The translations under genes were made by a program, and so were the position numbers. A DNA stretch of 64,000 nt from Gracilinanus agilis (taxonomy: Eukaryota). The notes beneath the pieces are model-generated. The model saw only the letters and a list, made by a program, of their open reading frames with translations, had not been told where the DNA came from and made no database searches. Location of the stretch: the NCBI RefSeq assembly GCF_016433145.1, contig NC_058132.1:27104158-27168157 (forward strand), written 5' to 3'. Below, piece by piece: positions 35,500 through 47,640 of this stretch (positions are counted from its first letter, which is position 1; each line of letters starts with the position of its first letter).

Positions 35500-35642
35500 C
35501 TGCGAATGGGCAAAGGGGGAGAGATGGAGAGAGAAGCCTTGAAATCCTGGGGGGGGAAGGGGGGGGCCCAACAGAGCCAGGATCCCCCCACAGGGGGCAG
35601 GGAGAGGTGGCTGGGCCTTGGGCCAGCGGGAAGGGGAGCTAC

Positions 35643-35721
35643 CTGGAATGTAGAGGTCGGGGGCGTTGATGTCGAACCTCGGGGCCACTGGCATGTCCTG
35701 CTGGTACTGGACCTCCCAATC
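35643..35721 (-). CDS. YIF1B: YIF1B exon 4 ([26 protein letters not shown])
   Basis: 79 bp, AG/GT flanked, phase 0/1; conserved NAPDLYIP motif. Confidence 0.97.
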
Positions 35722-35822
35722 CTGCAGACACCAAGGCAGTGATTGCGGCCCCAGGGACCCTCATCCCCTCCCTTCCCCCAACCACTCCAGCCCCAGGCTT
35801 CCGCGAGAGCTGAGGCTCTGAC

Positions 35823-35927
35823 CTGGTGCAGATAGGGGAACACCAGGAGCCCCAGTTTCTTCCCCACATACACGGTGTCCACAGCAAAGTAATACTTGAG
35901 CTTGGTGACGGGAATGAAGCGGTCGAT
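35823..35927 (-). CDS. YIF1B: YIF1B exon 3 ([35 protein letters not shown])
   Basis: 105 bp, AG/GT flanked, phase 0/0; conserved LKYYFAVD motif. Confidence 0.97.
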
Positions 35928-36013
35928 CTGAGGAGGAAGGACAGACAGGCTGGAAGCGCTGGGGGCAGGCCCCGGCCCCCACCCCATCCCGCCCCAAAGT
36001 TGGGCGCACTCAC

Positions 36014-36246
36014 GTTCTTGTCCACCAGCTCCTTGCCATGAGCGGCCAGGCTGCTGCCATAGGCGACCGCCATGTTGGACACAGGGTCATTGAGGAAGCC
36101 TGGCTGAGAGGGGGAAGAGTAGCCCAGGCCCCCGGGGGCCCGGTGGGCCAGATAGCTCCCTGGCCCATGGGCAGAGCTCGTGTCATGGAAGAGCTGGTGA
36201 GGGTCTGCCAAGCTGGGCTCCACCACGGGGACCCTTCTCTTCATGG
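36014..36246 (-). CDS. YIF1B: YIF1B exon 2 ([20 protein letters not shown]...KELVDKN)
   Basis: 233 bp, ttggcag/gtgagt, phase 1/0. Confidence 0.95.
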
Positions 36247-36399
36247 CTGCCAAAGACAGGAAATCAAAGCATCACAGATTTAGAGCTGCAGATGAGGAAA
36301 CCGAGGCCCTACGAGGCTGCGAAGCCCCCTGCCCCTGCAGGCTTGGGACTGACTAGGAAGCTAGTGCTCTCCCCAGGGAACCAGGCAAGAGGGTCACTG

Positions 36400-36605
36400 A
36401 GGAGAGAGGTGGAAGGCTGAAGACCTGAGTTCAAATTCAGCCTTAGACACTTCTAAACTGTGGGACCCTGGGCCAGTCACTTTACCACCTTCACCTCAGT
36501 TTCCTCATCAGTGAAACAGTGACAATACAGCACCTCCCTTACAGGTGATTGGAAGGATCAAATGAGTCATTCTAAAGCTCTCAGCACAGTGCCAGGCACA
36601 CAGGA
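36400..36605 (+). mobile_element. MIR/CORE-SINE in YIF1B intron 1
   Basis: gagttcaaattc B-box, ctcagtttcctcatc core, agcacagtgccaggcaca L2-type tail. Confidence 0.75.
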
Positions 36606-37279
36606 GGGGCTCTATGCTGGCTACTGTTAATACTAGCATCACCAAATGATATGATAATTCTAAAGGCCCAGCACAGTGCCAGACCGAGGTGGGCTCTTGT
36701 TATCTTCTGCTAGGCCTTAGCGGAGTGCCAGCGGGCGCTCTAATGTTGCTGTTATCATCACTGATGGGCACAATGCCTCGCTCTCTAACGCCAATGAAGC
36801 CTCGGCGCGGTGCCCGCACACCAATGCTGGCTCCAGCTATGACATCAGATGCGACCGCCTTCGGAAGGCGCTGGGCCAGTGGAACCCCCGGTCCCCTATT
36901 TCTCGCCGCCTCTTTCGGGACTGACCCCAATCTCCCCACTGGGGAGAGCGGGAGCGGGGCAGAGCAAGGCAGGGCCTCCCTCCTACAGATGGAGAAACTG
37001 AGGCCAGGCCGGCACCGGAACTGGAAACCGGGTCAAACGCTCCGGAATCCATGGCCCAGGCGGGCAAGCTATGACTAGCTGGGAGGGGACGCGCTCGCCC
37101 CCTTCGTCAGTTTCCCGCTCCGGGCCGCCAAAGGGCCCCCCGCGGGGCTGGGTTCTAGGTATCCCATTCTAGGCGACCGGGGTTCCAGGCCCCGCCCCCG
37201 CGCCCACCCGCCCCCAACGGCCACCACCTCCCTGGCCTAGCTGGGCCCAACGCCTGGACCTCCCCGACGAGCCACGTAC

Positions 37280-37337
37280 GCCACTTACGGTGCCGGGCGT
37301 TCCCCGCGGCCGCGCCGCCGCCGGGCCCCGGCTGCAT
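37280..37337 (-). CDS. YIF1B: YIF1B exon 1 (MQPGPGGGAAAGNARH[RKW]); tandem donors end the exon at 37289 or 37280
   Basis: ATG in a CpG island; C|GTAAGTGGC|GTACGT; both donors are phase 1 and match exon 2; compare human MHPAGLAAAAAGTPRLRKWPSKRR. Confidence 0.88.
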
Positions 37338-37625
37338 CCCGTACCAGGAGAGCCGAGCCGGCCCCGATGGACGCCGAAAAGGACCGCGCGGCCCCCGTAC
37401 CGCGCCCGTCCGCAGCGATGCGGGCCAATGGGAGACCGGCGCCCTGGCCGATGACCAATAAAAAGCCCGAATCTCCTCGCGGGCCTGCCCCCTCCTGAGG
37501 AGACCCGGGGCGGGCGGGGGAAACGTGGCTCCTAGTGGGCGGTGGAGGAGAAGGAGGCAGAGGCGGCAGGTGAGGAGGATTCTGGGCGATTCTAGGCGCG
37601 GGGTACACTGGGAATTGTAGTTTTT
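37338..37625 (-). promoter_or_regulatory. YIF1B CpG-island promoter with CCAAT boxes and a ZNF143/THAP11-type motif
   Basis: CCAAT near 37425 and 37455; ACTACAATTCCCAG on the minus strand at 37608-37621; dense CpG from about 36900 to 37600. Confidence 0.8.
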
Positions 37626-38552
37626 CTCGTGGTTCTCCCTGTTCTCATTCGTTCCGTCTTTCAACCAAAGAGTGCAGAGACAGCGGTTAAGCCTTGTCTC
37701 CGACCCAGACCTTTTGTGTAACTCTAGGCAGCGTATTTAACTTCTCGAATCTTCAGGAAACTGAACTGCAGTAGAGAACCCGTGCATTGGTAGGGGGCCA
37801 ATAAAAGAGATAAGACTCAAAGAAATGTAGGTGATGCCATGGCGGTGACGCAAAACCCAACACTTCTGCCCTCCAGGAGCTTACATTCTGTCTGCGGAAA
37901 CAAGAACACATAAGCAGATTAATAATAAAATGATAGTGATAGCAACAACAATAGTAGTAGCTAGCATTTGTGTAGCGTTTTAAGATGAGCTTGGGGGTTG
38001 ACCTCAGACTCCTCCTAGCTGTGTGACCCTGGGCAAGTCACTTAACCCCCATCACTTAGCTTTTACCACTCTTCAGCCTTGGAACCAATACACAGTATTG
38101 ATTCTAAAACAGAAGGGAAGGGATAACAAACAAACAAACAAACAAACAAACAAAAAAACAACGGTTAACTTGGGTTAACTAATTTGATCAAAGTAATTTG
38201 GAAGAACACTAGCAAGGAATCAGTGGAATGAAAGGGTAGAAGGGGTCAGCCTATCCAATAACCATCACCCTATTAATTCTAAGAAGCCTTCATACCCTAA
38301 GAGTTATATATGGCTTTATATATAATGTAAATATATTTACATTATATTATATTATATATATTTATCATTATATATTTGTATTTATTTTATTATTTATATT
38401 ATATGAAGTTATATATTGTTAATCTACTAGGTCTGGAGGTGCTATGCCAAGTGTCTGGAGATACAAAAAAAGCCCCAAAACCTTTCCTGCTCCCAGAGAG
38501 CTTAGGGTGCAAACAACCATCCACAAACTGGCATCACACAGGATGGTAGAGA

Positions 38553-38792
38553 TATTCAATCATTTCAGTCCTGTCTGATTCTTCATGACCCTGTTTGAGG
38601 CTTTCTTGGCAAAGATACTAGGCTGCTTTGCTATTTCTTTCTCCAACTCATTTAACAGATGAAGAAACTGAGGCCAACAGAGTGAAGTGACTTGCCCAGG
38701 ATCACACAGCTAGAAAGTGTCTGGCTGGATTTGAACTCAGGTCTTCCTGCCTTTAAACCCAGTGTTCTTATCTACTGAGCCATCTAGCCACC
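38553..38792 (-). mobile_element. MAR1-like CORE-SINE
   Basis: Reverse core acagatgaagaaactgaggc and the ttcttggcaaagatact tail signature. Confidence 0.72.
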
Positions 38793-40213
38793 CTTTCACA
38801 AAGGATGCAAGAAATAAAAATGATCCCTATGTGCAAGTTTATATTCTAATGAGCAAGGCAACAAGTACCTATAAAAGTATGTGTGTGTGTGTGTGTGTGT
38901 GTGTGTAGGTATAATACTATATATATGATATAGTATATATATGAGTAGTACAAAGAATAAATACAAATAAATATAGTGTAGTAAAATAGTATGCAGATTA
39001 AGATGGAGGAGGAGGAGAGTGGATAAAGAAAGGGTTCATGCAGAAGATGGTATTTGTGCTGTCTTGAAAATCTGTGAGACGCGGGGAAGGAGGGAGCTCG
39101 TTCTAGACTTGGAGGATAGCCAGCTCTAAGGCTCAGGGTCTAGATGTGATATGTGAGGTACAGAGAGAAAGTCATTTTGCTTGTAGCTCAGAATTTGAGA
39201 TAGAGAGTGATGTCCAAAGAGGCTAGAAAGGCAAGTTTGGTCCTGACTATAACCCCATGGACTTGTACTAGGGCTAGACTGAAATGCCTCTTTTTACTTT
39301 TTTCCTCTTGGTAAAAACATTTGAGGTTCCTGCACATCACATGCGCTACCTTGGTGAATTTATCCTAGGGCAGCTGGGTGGTACAATGGATAGAACACCA
39401 CTCTTGAAGAGAGGAAGACCTGAGTTCAAATCTGGTCTCAGATACTTACTAGCTATGTGACCCTGAGCAAGTCTCTTTGTTGGAATCTATCCAATAGCTT
39501 CTTAGGTCTGAGAGGCACATAGTTTAGGTGAGAAAGAATAAAGCAGATACTGGGAGCTGTCTGTTAGCTCATGGCTGCTCTAAAAAGCCTCTGAGCTTTA
39601 TTTATATCATTTTCAAAAGAATCATTTCTCACAAAGCATAATGGGGTTTTCTGCTGTGCAGACATGCCAAAGTGACAGAATTACGTCATGATTGGTATAT
39701 GGTTTTACAAAGTTTTCTCCCATGAAGATCAAGGCCGGATGAGAAACTTTCCAAGGTTAAAAATGAGCCTCATTTTACCTAAAGTGAAATTTTGCCTGAG
39801 GCTGCCACTCTGTGACCTTGGGACATCTGGAGCAGTAAGAGAGGTGTACCCACAGCTGCAGCTGTCCTCTGCTGAGTGAAAAAAAGGCTGTTAACTCATT
39901 AAGTGCTGGTTTACTAAAAACTTAAAGCTATCCTAGAAAATTAGATTATAATGCTTTCCAATAAGAAAAGATGTTACTCATAAAAGGAGTCATAAAGAGG
40001 GGTCCAGATTTTTATCATAGATATGCCCATCCTGTCTTCATCCTGACTTGCAGGGCAGAAAAGGTCAAAACAGGTGCTTGGTGGCGATGTTTTAGGAGGG
40101 GGAGCATTACAGACATTTCAGAGACAGAGAGGATGGACAGAGAGTTTGCAATAGGTTTGTAGGGGAAGGGAGGGAGGTGGAAGGGAGGGAGGAGAAGGGG
40201 GGGAGAAAAGAGA

Positions 40214-40398
40214 NNNNNNNNNNNNNNNNNNNNNNNNNNNNNNNNNNNNNNNNNNNNNNNNNNNNNNNNNNNNNNNNNNNNNNNNNNNNNNNNNNNNNNN
40301 NNNNNNNNNNNNNNNNNNNNNNNNNNNNNNNNNNNNNNNNNNNNNNNNNNNNNNNNNNNNNNNNNNNNNNNNNNNNNNNNNNNNNNNNNNNNNNNNNN
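40214..40398. other. Assembly gap (185 N)
   Basis: Run of N. Confidence 1.
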
Positions 40399-40497
40399 AG
40401 GGAGAGGGAGGGAGGGAGAGAAAAAGGGAGGAGAGACAGACAGGAGAAAAAAGAGGGAGAAAGAAGAAAGAGAAGAAAAACATGGGGAGGGAAGGAG

Positions 40498-40715
40498 NNN
40501 NNNNNNNNNNNNNNNNNNNNNNNNNNNNNNNNNNNNNNNNNNNNNNNNNNNNNNNNNNNNNNNNNNNNNNNNNNNNNNNNNNNNNNNNNNNNNNNNNNNN
40601 NNNNNNNNNNNNNNNNNNNNNNNNNNNNNNNNNNNNNNNNNNNNNNNNNNNNNNNNNNNNNNNNNNNNNNNNNNNNNNNNNNNNNNNNNNNNNNNNNNNN
40701 NNNNNNNNNNNNNNN
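40498..40715. other. Assembly gap (218 N)
   Basis: Run of N. Confidence 1.
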
Positions 40716-42929
40716 ACAGAGAGAAGGAGAGAAAAAGGGAGGGAGAGAGAGAAACAAAGAAACAGAAAGAGAAAGGGAGGGAGGAAAAGAAGAAGGAAAG
40801 GGATGAGGAGAGGGAAGGATGGAGAGAGAAAAGGAGGAGAGACAGACAGAAGGAGAAAAAAGAGGGAGAAAGGAATAGAGAAAGAAAAAACAAAGAGAGA
40901 AAGAGATGGGGAGGAGAGAGAGGGGAAGAGACACAGAGAAGAGAGAGGGAGAGAAAAAGGGAGAAAGAAAGAAAGAAACAGAAAGCAAAATACAGGAGGG
41001 AAGGGAGAGCAGGATGAAGGGAGAGTGAGAGAAAGAGAGAGGGAGTTGAGAAAACAGATATTAAAGGAGCAGCTCTAGACCCCCAGGAAGTTAAGATTTT
41101 GGACCTTTTTAGGGGTATTCATCTACTTGGCAGTTTGAATGCTGCATCTTTTACTTTCTATACAATTCAGTAAATGGCTCTTCATCTATAATGTGAAGGC
41201 ATAGTCCTTTGGTGTCACTTATAGTTGGGGAGAATCTAAAAATCCCATGGAAGTATGAATCGTGGTTAGAAATGTTCATCTTTTCCTTCATAGACTAGAC
41301 CAGACAGACTGAGCTTTGTAATGCATTAGGAGGAGGCCAGGGGCTGGAGCACGTAATATCAGAGGGGAGGCACCATCAGAAGGGTGGGAAGAGGGTAGGA
41401 AAAGGCTCTTTGGGATTTGGGCTGAGTCCCAAAGGAAACCAAAGAGGCGAAGAGTCAAGAGCAAGGATGGAGAACATTTCAGGTATGGGGGATACATAAT
41501 GCAAATGTATAACGTGCCCAAATGATCAGTATAGCTGGATCAGAGGGTGCTTTGGAGGAGGTTCAGGGAAAAGGAGGAAGGTCAAAGTTATGAAGGGTTT
41601 TAAGTGCCAAACAGAGGACTTTATATTTGAACCCAAAGTAAGAGGGAATTGCTGAAGCTCATTGAGGAAGGGGGTCGGGGGCATGACATGGCTAGGACTG
41701 GGCTTTGGTAAGACTATCTGGGTTGTGTTAGATACAAAGCCCACATCACTGTACTCATAGACACCTTGAGGATTGGTCCTACCCTTCTACTGTGAATTAC
41801 TAACAGCTGAGTGCCTTTGATCTCTTCAGCTCAACAGAGATGTCTCCACTCTTCCTCCTGAACTTGGGGGTGGGGGTGGGGAAGGGGGGCCAACCAGGCA
41901 TCAGCATCTGCAGTCCTCAGGGCTTGTAGTCTTCTGAGCTGGAGAGATGACTCAGCTTGGCTCTCAATGACTCCAAACTTTATGACTAGCCTTGGTGGCT
42001 CAGGGTGTCTATGGGGGGTGTATTAGGTGTATTAGGCTCAAATCAGTCATTTCTCCTCCTTCCTCTCCTCATCTGGATAGACCTCTCTTGGATCATTAAC
42101 CAGTCATTATAGACATTGATTAAGTGCCTTCAGGGTATCAGGCACTGAGCCTCATAAACACTGGACTTAAGGCTTAACGTCTACATGAACTCTGAAGTTA
42201 AAGAGGGTCCGATCAGAACTTCAGAGGGTCACTCTACTGGCAACTCAAGGTTTGTACCTCTTCAGGGGCTGCCAAATATTGAGATGGCTTTGATTCTAGG
42301 GACATTTAAGACCCTTTTGGAAAGTTGGATGGTAGGGGGAGAATTGAACTGATCATTGAAAAGTCAATGGAAGCTTTTTAGGCAGCTTGGATTTGTCTTT
42401 GAGTCCAGGGAGTACTTTCTTATCTTTCTGTGGAGGTAAAACAAAGGTCCTCCCATCCTCGGTAAACTCAGTGCTTGCTAACTTGTGTTTATGTGGGGAC
42501 TGGGGACACCATTATCTCTAAAAAGCAATAGATTGGAGTTATTCAGGGATTTCTCAGCCCAGACTCTGAGTGGGGTCCTAAAGAGCCAAAGAGCTAAGTA
42601 ATTTGGAGGATGGCTCTTCAGAATGAATCAATCAGTGGTAGCTCAGGATTTGGAGGTGGAGAGCACATTTTGGAATCTTTCCAGGAGTCAAATTTATGGA
42701 TTCCATTATCTTCCTTGATTTTGAAAAATCAAGACATCTGCCCTTCCGTGGTCTTGTAGTACTGCTTCTTTTCCTCAAGAGTTTCCTTTCCTTTATCATT
42801 GATAGGCCCAGCAATCCCATTTCCCAGTTCTCCTTCCACCGCAGAATGGAGCTCATCCAGGCCAGCTGATTTAAGACCCAAAGGCCCACCTAACTCTCTT
42901 ACTGTCCTGGGATAACACACCCAGGCCGA

Positions 42930-45900
42930 TCTCCATCCCCTTATTGGCTGTTTTCTTATTCTCTTCCCCTCAAACAGTCACCCTCAACATCCCACTCTTG
43001 ATTTACCCACTCTCTCCTTCCCTAGTGCTCTCTGAAATGCTCCATAAGTAACATCTCAACTATTTTCCTTCCCATCTTTTGGCTCTCATGGACCTGGCTC
43101 TTTCCTGATATATAGCCTCCCTGGCCACCCATTCCATCGCTGCTTGCACTTTCACTCACAACCTTGACTTACTGGTTGAGGTGAAGGAGTTGGAATACTT
43201 CCTTCTCTACTTTGCCACTTCAGGGCTCTCTCGATCTCTCTCTAGCACCATCGTACAGTTCATACAATCTTTATTTACCACATAGGCAAGATTCTGGTAG
43301 CTGTTGTTTATTGACTTCCTGGCTTCTTTCTTCTTTCCTTCCCGGGATCGGAGTTCAGTACCTACTTGACAATCTTTCCTCCTCAACTAGGAGGATTTCA
43401 ACATACGGATTGCTACTCCCTCAAACACCTGAAGTTTCCAATTCCTCCACTTACTCATTTCGTATGACCTACTTCTCCACCCCTCTTCACCTCCGAAGAT
43501 GGCCATACACCTGATTTTGCTGTCACCCACAAATATATCATGTCAATATTCATGTGTCACCCTTGACTCAAAAGGCCATTTGCACAATACTTTCCTCATT
43601 GTTGGAGACTGATCACTCTATGAGGGAGGAGGGATCCTGGTCTTCTGGTTTCCAGCTCCTGAAATGCTCTTATTTTAGACTAATCTATTGTAATTCCACT
43701 TCTCTGTCTGGAAAACCCAAAACCTTTCTTCGTCTACACCCTGCCCTCCCATTCCTTGCCCCTCTGTTATTTTCTGGGTCATTATCCCTGCACTGGTTAT
43801 ACTTTTCTTTCTTGCCCATTTTTAATTCCTGGGTGATTTCCAGTCCAATCCCACAATGCCCTCTTATCTCAAATCCCTTGACCCCTTATCCTACCAAAAA
43901 CTTTACTCTGTTAAGCCCCAACCCTGGATTATTCCTATCATCTGCTGTCTTCACTCCTACTCACATGCCACTAAGTGATGCTGGAGAAATCACCCTTTGA
44001 TGACAAATTTGTGTTGCACAATATCAACTGGGCTCTCACAGCAACAAGGCAATCCTTTTAAAACTGTCTGATTGAATCACTAGCCCACTCTATACAGTGA
44101 CTCTTCTAAACTTTTTCATCCCTCTTCAAATCTCTCAGGGCTTTCCCCTCCCCAACCTCAGCTGAGAGCCTTGCCTCATATTTCACCAAAAAAGTCCAGG
44201 TCATTTGCCATGAGCTCCCATTTCCCCCTTTTTCCTCCTCTTTCATCAGCAAGATGCCATCTACCACTTTCTTCCCCTTCATTCAATTTTGTATGTGGAG
44301 GTGGCCTTTCTCCTTTCTAAAGCTAACCCTTTTACATGTGCAAGTAATCTCATTCCATCCTACCTTCATCAGATAACTCCCTCTATCACCCTCACTCTCT
44401 CATTTATCTTCAATGCCTCTCTACCTACTGGCTACTTCCCTATTGCTACAACTATGTCTCTTCCATTCTCAAAATACTCTCACTGGGTCTATCCACCTCC
44501 ATTATCTATCATCTTATATCTCTCCTATATTTTGTGGCTTCAACTCCTCAAGAAAGCCATCTACAATCAATACATGTATTTCCTTTCCTCTCACTCCCCG
44601 CTTAACTTTGCACAGTCTGGCTTTTGATCTCATCACTCAACAGAAACATCTTTCTCCAAGATTACCAATAATGTTGTAATTGTCAAATCGAATGGAATGG
44701 CCTTTTCTCAGTCTTTGCTCTTCTTGTCTTCCCTTATGACTTTGACACTGGCAAATCCCCCTCTTCTCCTTTATACTCCACTCTAGGTTTCATGGCACGA
44801 ATCCCTCCTTGTTTTCCTCTTACCTATCTGATTGCACTTTCTGTTTGTTTTACTAGATCTTTATCCAAGTCACATCTGATGGTCCTGGGTCCTCTTCTCT
44901 TCTGCCTTTATACTATTTTGCTTCATAATCTCATCACATGTTGTGGATCCAACTATTATCCTTATACAAATGATTCTCAAATTTTTGTCCAGTTCTAATC
45001 TCTCTATTCACTCGGTCTCATATTGCCAACTGCCTGTTGAACATCTGAAATTGGATGTCTTTTAGACATCCTAAATTCAACATATCTGAAACTAAACTCA
45101 TTATTTTCCCCCCAAAAAACCTTCCTTTCTTCCTAACTTCCCTTTCATTGTGGTGGGTCCCATCATCCTCCCTTTCATCCAGGCTTGCAGTTAGATTTTG
45201 TCCACAATTCCTCACTCTCATTCATCTTCCTCCATGCAATCTATTGCCTAGTCTTGTCATTTCTTCCTTTTTAACATCATTTACCCTTCTCTCTTCTGAC
45301 ATTGCCACCACCCCCATGCAAACGCTTATCACATACCTCTCCTATGCTAATAGTATCTCCCTGTACAATCCCCTTTCCACTCAGCTCTTCCTTAAACACA
45401 AATATTGTTCATGTCACCGGCTCATTCATTCAACTCCAGTGCCTCCCTGTTGCCTCCTTTAGCAAACATAAAATCATCTATTTGGCTTTTACAACCCTTC
45501 ATAACCTTCCTGCCTTTCCAGTCTTATACCTTACTCTTCCACTGACCCCACTTACTCCGTTTTCCATTGTTACTGCCTTCTTTGCTGTTCCTGAAAGAAG
45601 ACTTTATCTCCTGCCCCTGTTGCCCCTTCTCCCCAATCCTAGACCTCTCTTCTTTCCCATCTTCACTTCCTACTCTGGCTTCCTTCAAGTCTAAGCTAAA
45701 GTCTTCTCCTTCCTTAAGAAGTCTTTCTTTATCCCCTTTAACATTGGTGCCTTCCTTCTGTTGATTATCTCCAGTTTAGCCAATCTCTATCTTGATTGTT
45801 CTTGGTTGTCTCCCCCACTGAACTATGAACTCAGAGGGACTGTCTTTTACATTTCTTTGTATCCTCCTTCCTCCCCACCCAACCCGAGTGATTAGCAGAT

Positions 45901-45935
45901 TGTAGGTGCTAGATAAATGTTAGTTGACCGACTGC
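42930..45935 (+). mobile_element. Long (~3 kb) decayed L2 LINE spanning endonuclease, RT and 3' end
   Basis: EN-like EDFNI (about 43391) and DGHTPD (about 43498); RT-like YYPYTNDSQIF (about 44955; compare YADDSQIY); L2 tail ending gttgaccgactg. Confidence 0.8.
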
Positions 45936-47436
45936 CTCTGTGACCATAGCCAAGCTTCACTTCACAAACTCAATCTTTGTGAGATTTCTCCTGTCTCTAG
46001 CTGCTTGCCCATCCTGGAGATACCTCTGCCGTTTCACTCACTTTCCAGTTTTCCTCAGTAAAATGTAAGCTTCCTGAGGACAGGGACTTTCATTTTGCTC
46101 TTCTTTGTGCCCCCATCACTTAGCACAGTGCCTGACACTTAATAAGTAATTAACAGATGCTCTGTCTACCTACCTGTCTCTCTCGGCTGGCTTAGTGCTT
46201 TCTTGTTAGCTCCTTAGTTTGAGCATCCAATCCTCATGAACCATTTTTGTTCCACTCTTTCCAGTCCAAGGGTTATTGCCCTTGGCAGAGAAAACAAAAG
46301 CTAAATAAAATCAAGAGCTTGGTTGCCTGCCTGTCTCTTTTTGTGTGTCTGTCTCTGTCTATCTCTTTTATCATCTCATGTAGTCTTAGTAGGGCTCCTC
46401 ATTTTTTTGACCTGCCTTTTCGTTTATAGAATTTTTACAAATCTAGTCTTTTTTTCATTTGATTTTCTTATCAACCTAAGCTCATTTTAAGTTCAAATTC
46501 TCCTGATGCTATTCCTCCAGGACCATGCCAGGATTGTGCCTATTCTTTCAATTTTTCCCTTGCATGATTCCTCTTAAACCTATTCTTCATATTCTTCTGT
46601 TACCTCTAGACACTCTACCATTACCCCCTGCTCTGGTCCTTTCCCTTTGGTCTTCTTTCACAAGTTTCATTAAGTACTTGAATCCTTTTGGATCCCTGAC
46701 CCCTTTGTACTATTACATCACACATGCTTTGCCAAACTCTAGGTCTGGTTATCTGTACCATCCACCCACCCTTCCTTTTTAGGATCCTTAACCCTCTGGA
46801 GAAGATCATACAACTGTACTCACTATAATACATATATAACCTAGTGGAATTGTTCATCAACTCTGGGAAAGGGGAGGAAGGAGGAGAAGGAGACAACATA
46901 AATCATGTAACCTTAGAAAACTTAGGTATAAATTTGTTACTGGAATAAAATAAAGAAAAAAAAATAAAGAACAACAACTGTACTCACAAGGTCTACTACA
47001 AAAATTGGCATTATATTCTTGCACCTGGGTACTTACTGCTTCCCAAAAATGAAGATTAACTTGCCGTAATCTCAACCTATAATCTTCTATCTCTTTTCCC
47101 TTTCACAACCAAAATCCTACCCCCCCCCATTCTTTCCCCATCCCAACCTGATTTAGAAGGTCTTAACCTCTCACCTGCGTTGTTGCAATAACTCCACCCC
47201 CTTGTCTCTCCTCTCCAATCCATCCTTAGTCCAGCTGTCAAGCTGGTTTTTCCTAAAGCATAAATCTGACTAAATCACTTTGCTATGCAATCTGTTATCT
47301 CCATTTATTCTCTGTTTGGTATGTAAAGCCTTTCATAACTAGCCTTATTGCATAATCCTCCATTCCACAAACAAACACTGCAACTTGACCTCCTTTGTTG
47401 TTCCTCAATATGTTCCTCCCTTTTCATGCTCTGTGT

Positions 47437-47640
47437 CAGTGATGGTGAACCTTTTAGAGACTAAGTGCCTAAACTGCAACCCTCATGCTGCATGTGAGCC
47501 CCCCACATGTGAGGAAGGAAGTGCTCCCATTGGGCTGATGGACAAAGGGGCAGGTGAGGTGAGTGATATCTTCAGGTGCAGTGGAGAGGGGAAGGGGAAC
47601 AGCTCCCTCCAGCGCATGTGCCATAGGTTTGCCAACACAG
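47437..47640. mobile_element. hAT-superfamily MITE, 204 bp (OposCharlie-like by recollection), inserted in L2
   Basis: TIR CAGTGATGGTGAACCT versus AGGTTTGCCAACACAG (12/16); TSD CTCTGTGT / TTCTATGT (6/8). Confidence 0.78.

Larger units (their letters stand above)
40150..41060 (+). repeat. About 900-bp polypurine (GA-rich) low-complexity tract; the long ORFs here are artefacts
   Basis: Almost purely A/G on the plus strand, with repeated subunits such as gagagacagac...gaaaaaagagggagaaag. Confidence 0.92.

Noticed and set aside
35319-36253. 204- and 222-aa minus-strand ORFs
   Set aside because: They are YIF1B exons joined by short GC-rich introns that lack stop codons.
40015-41078. ORFs of 120-293 aa rich in Leu/Ser/Phe or Arg/Glu/Lys
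   Set aside because: They are translations of the GA-rich low-complexity tract and N gaps, not genes.
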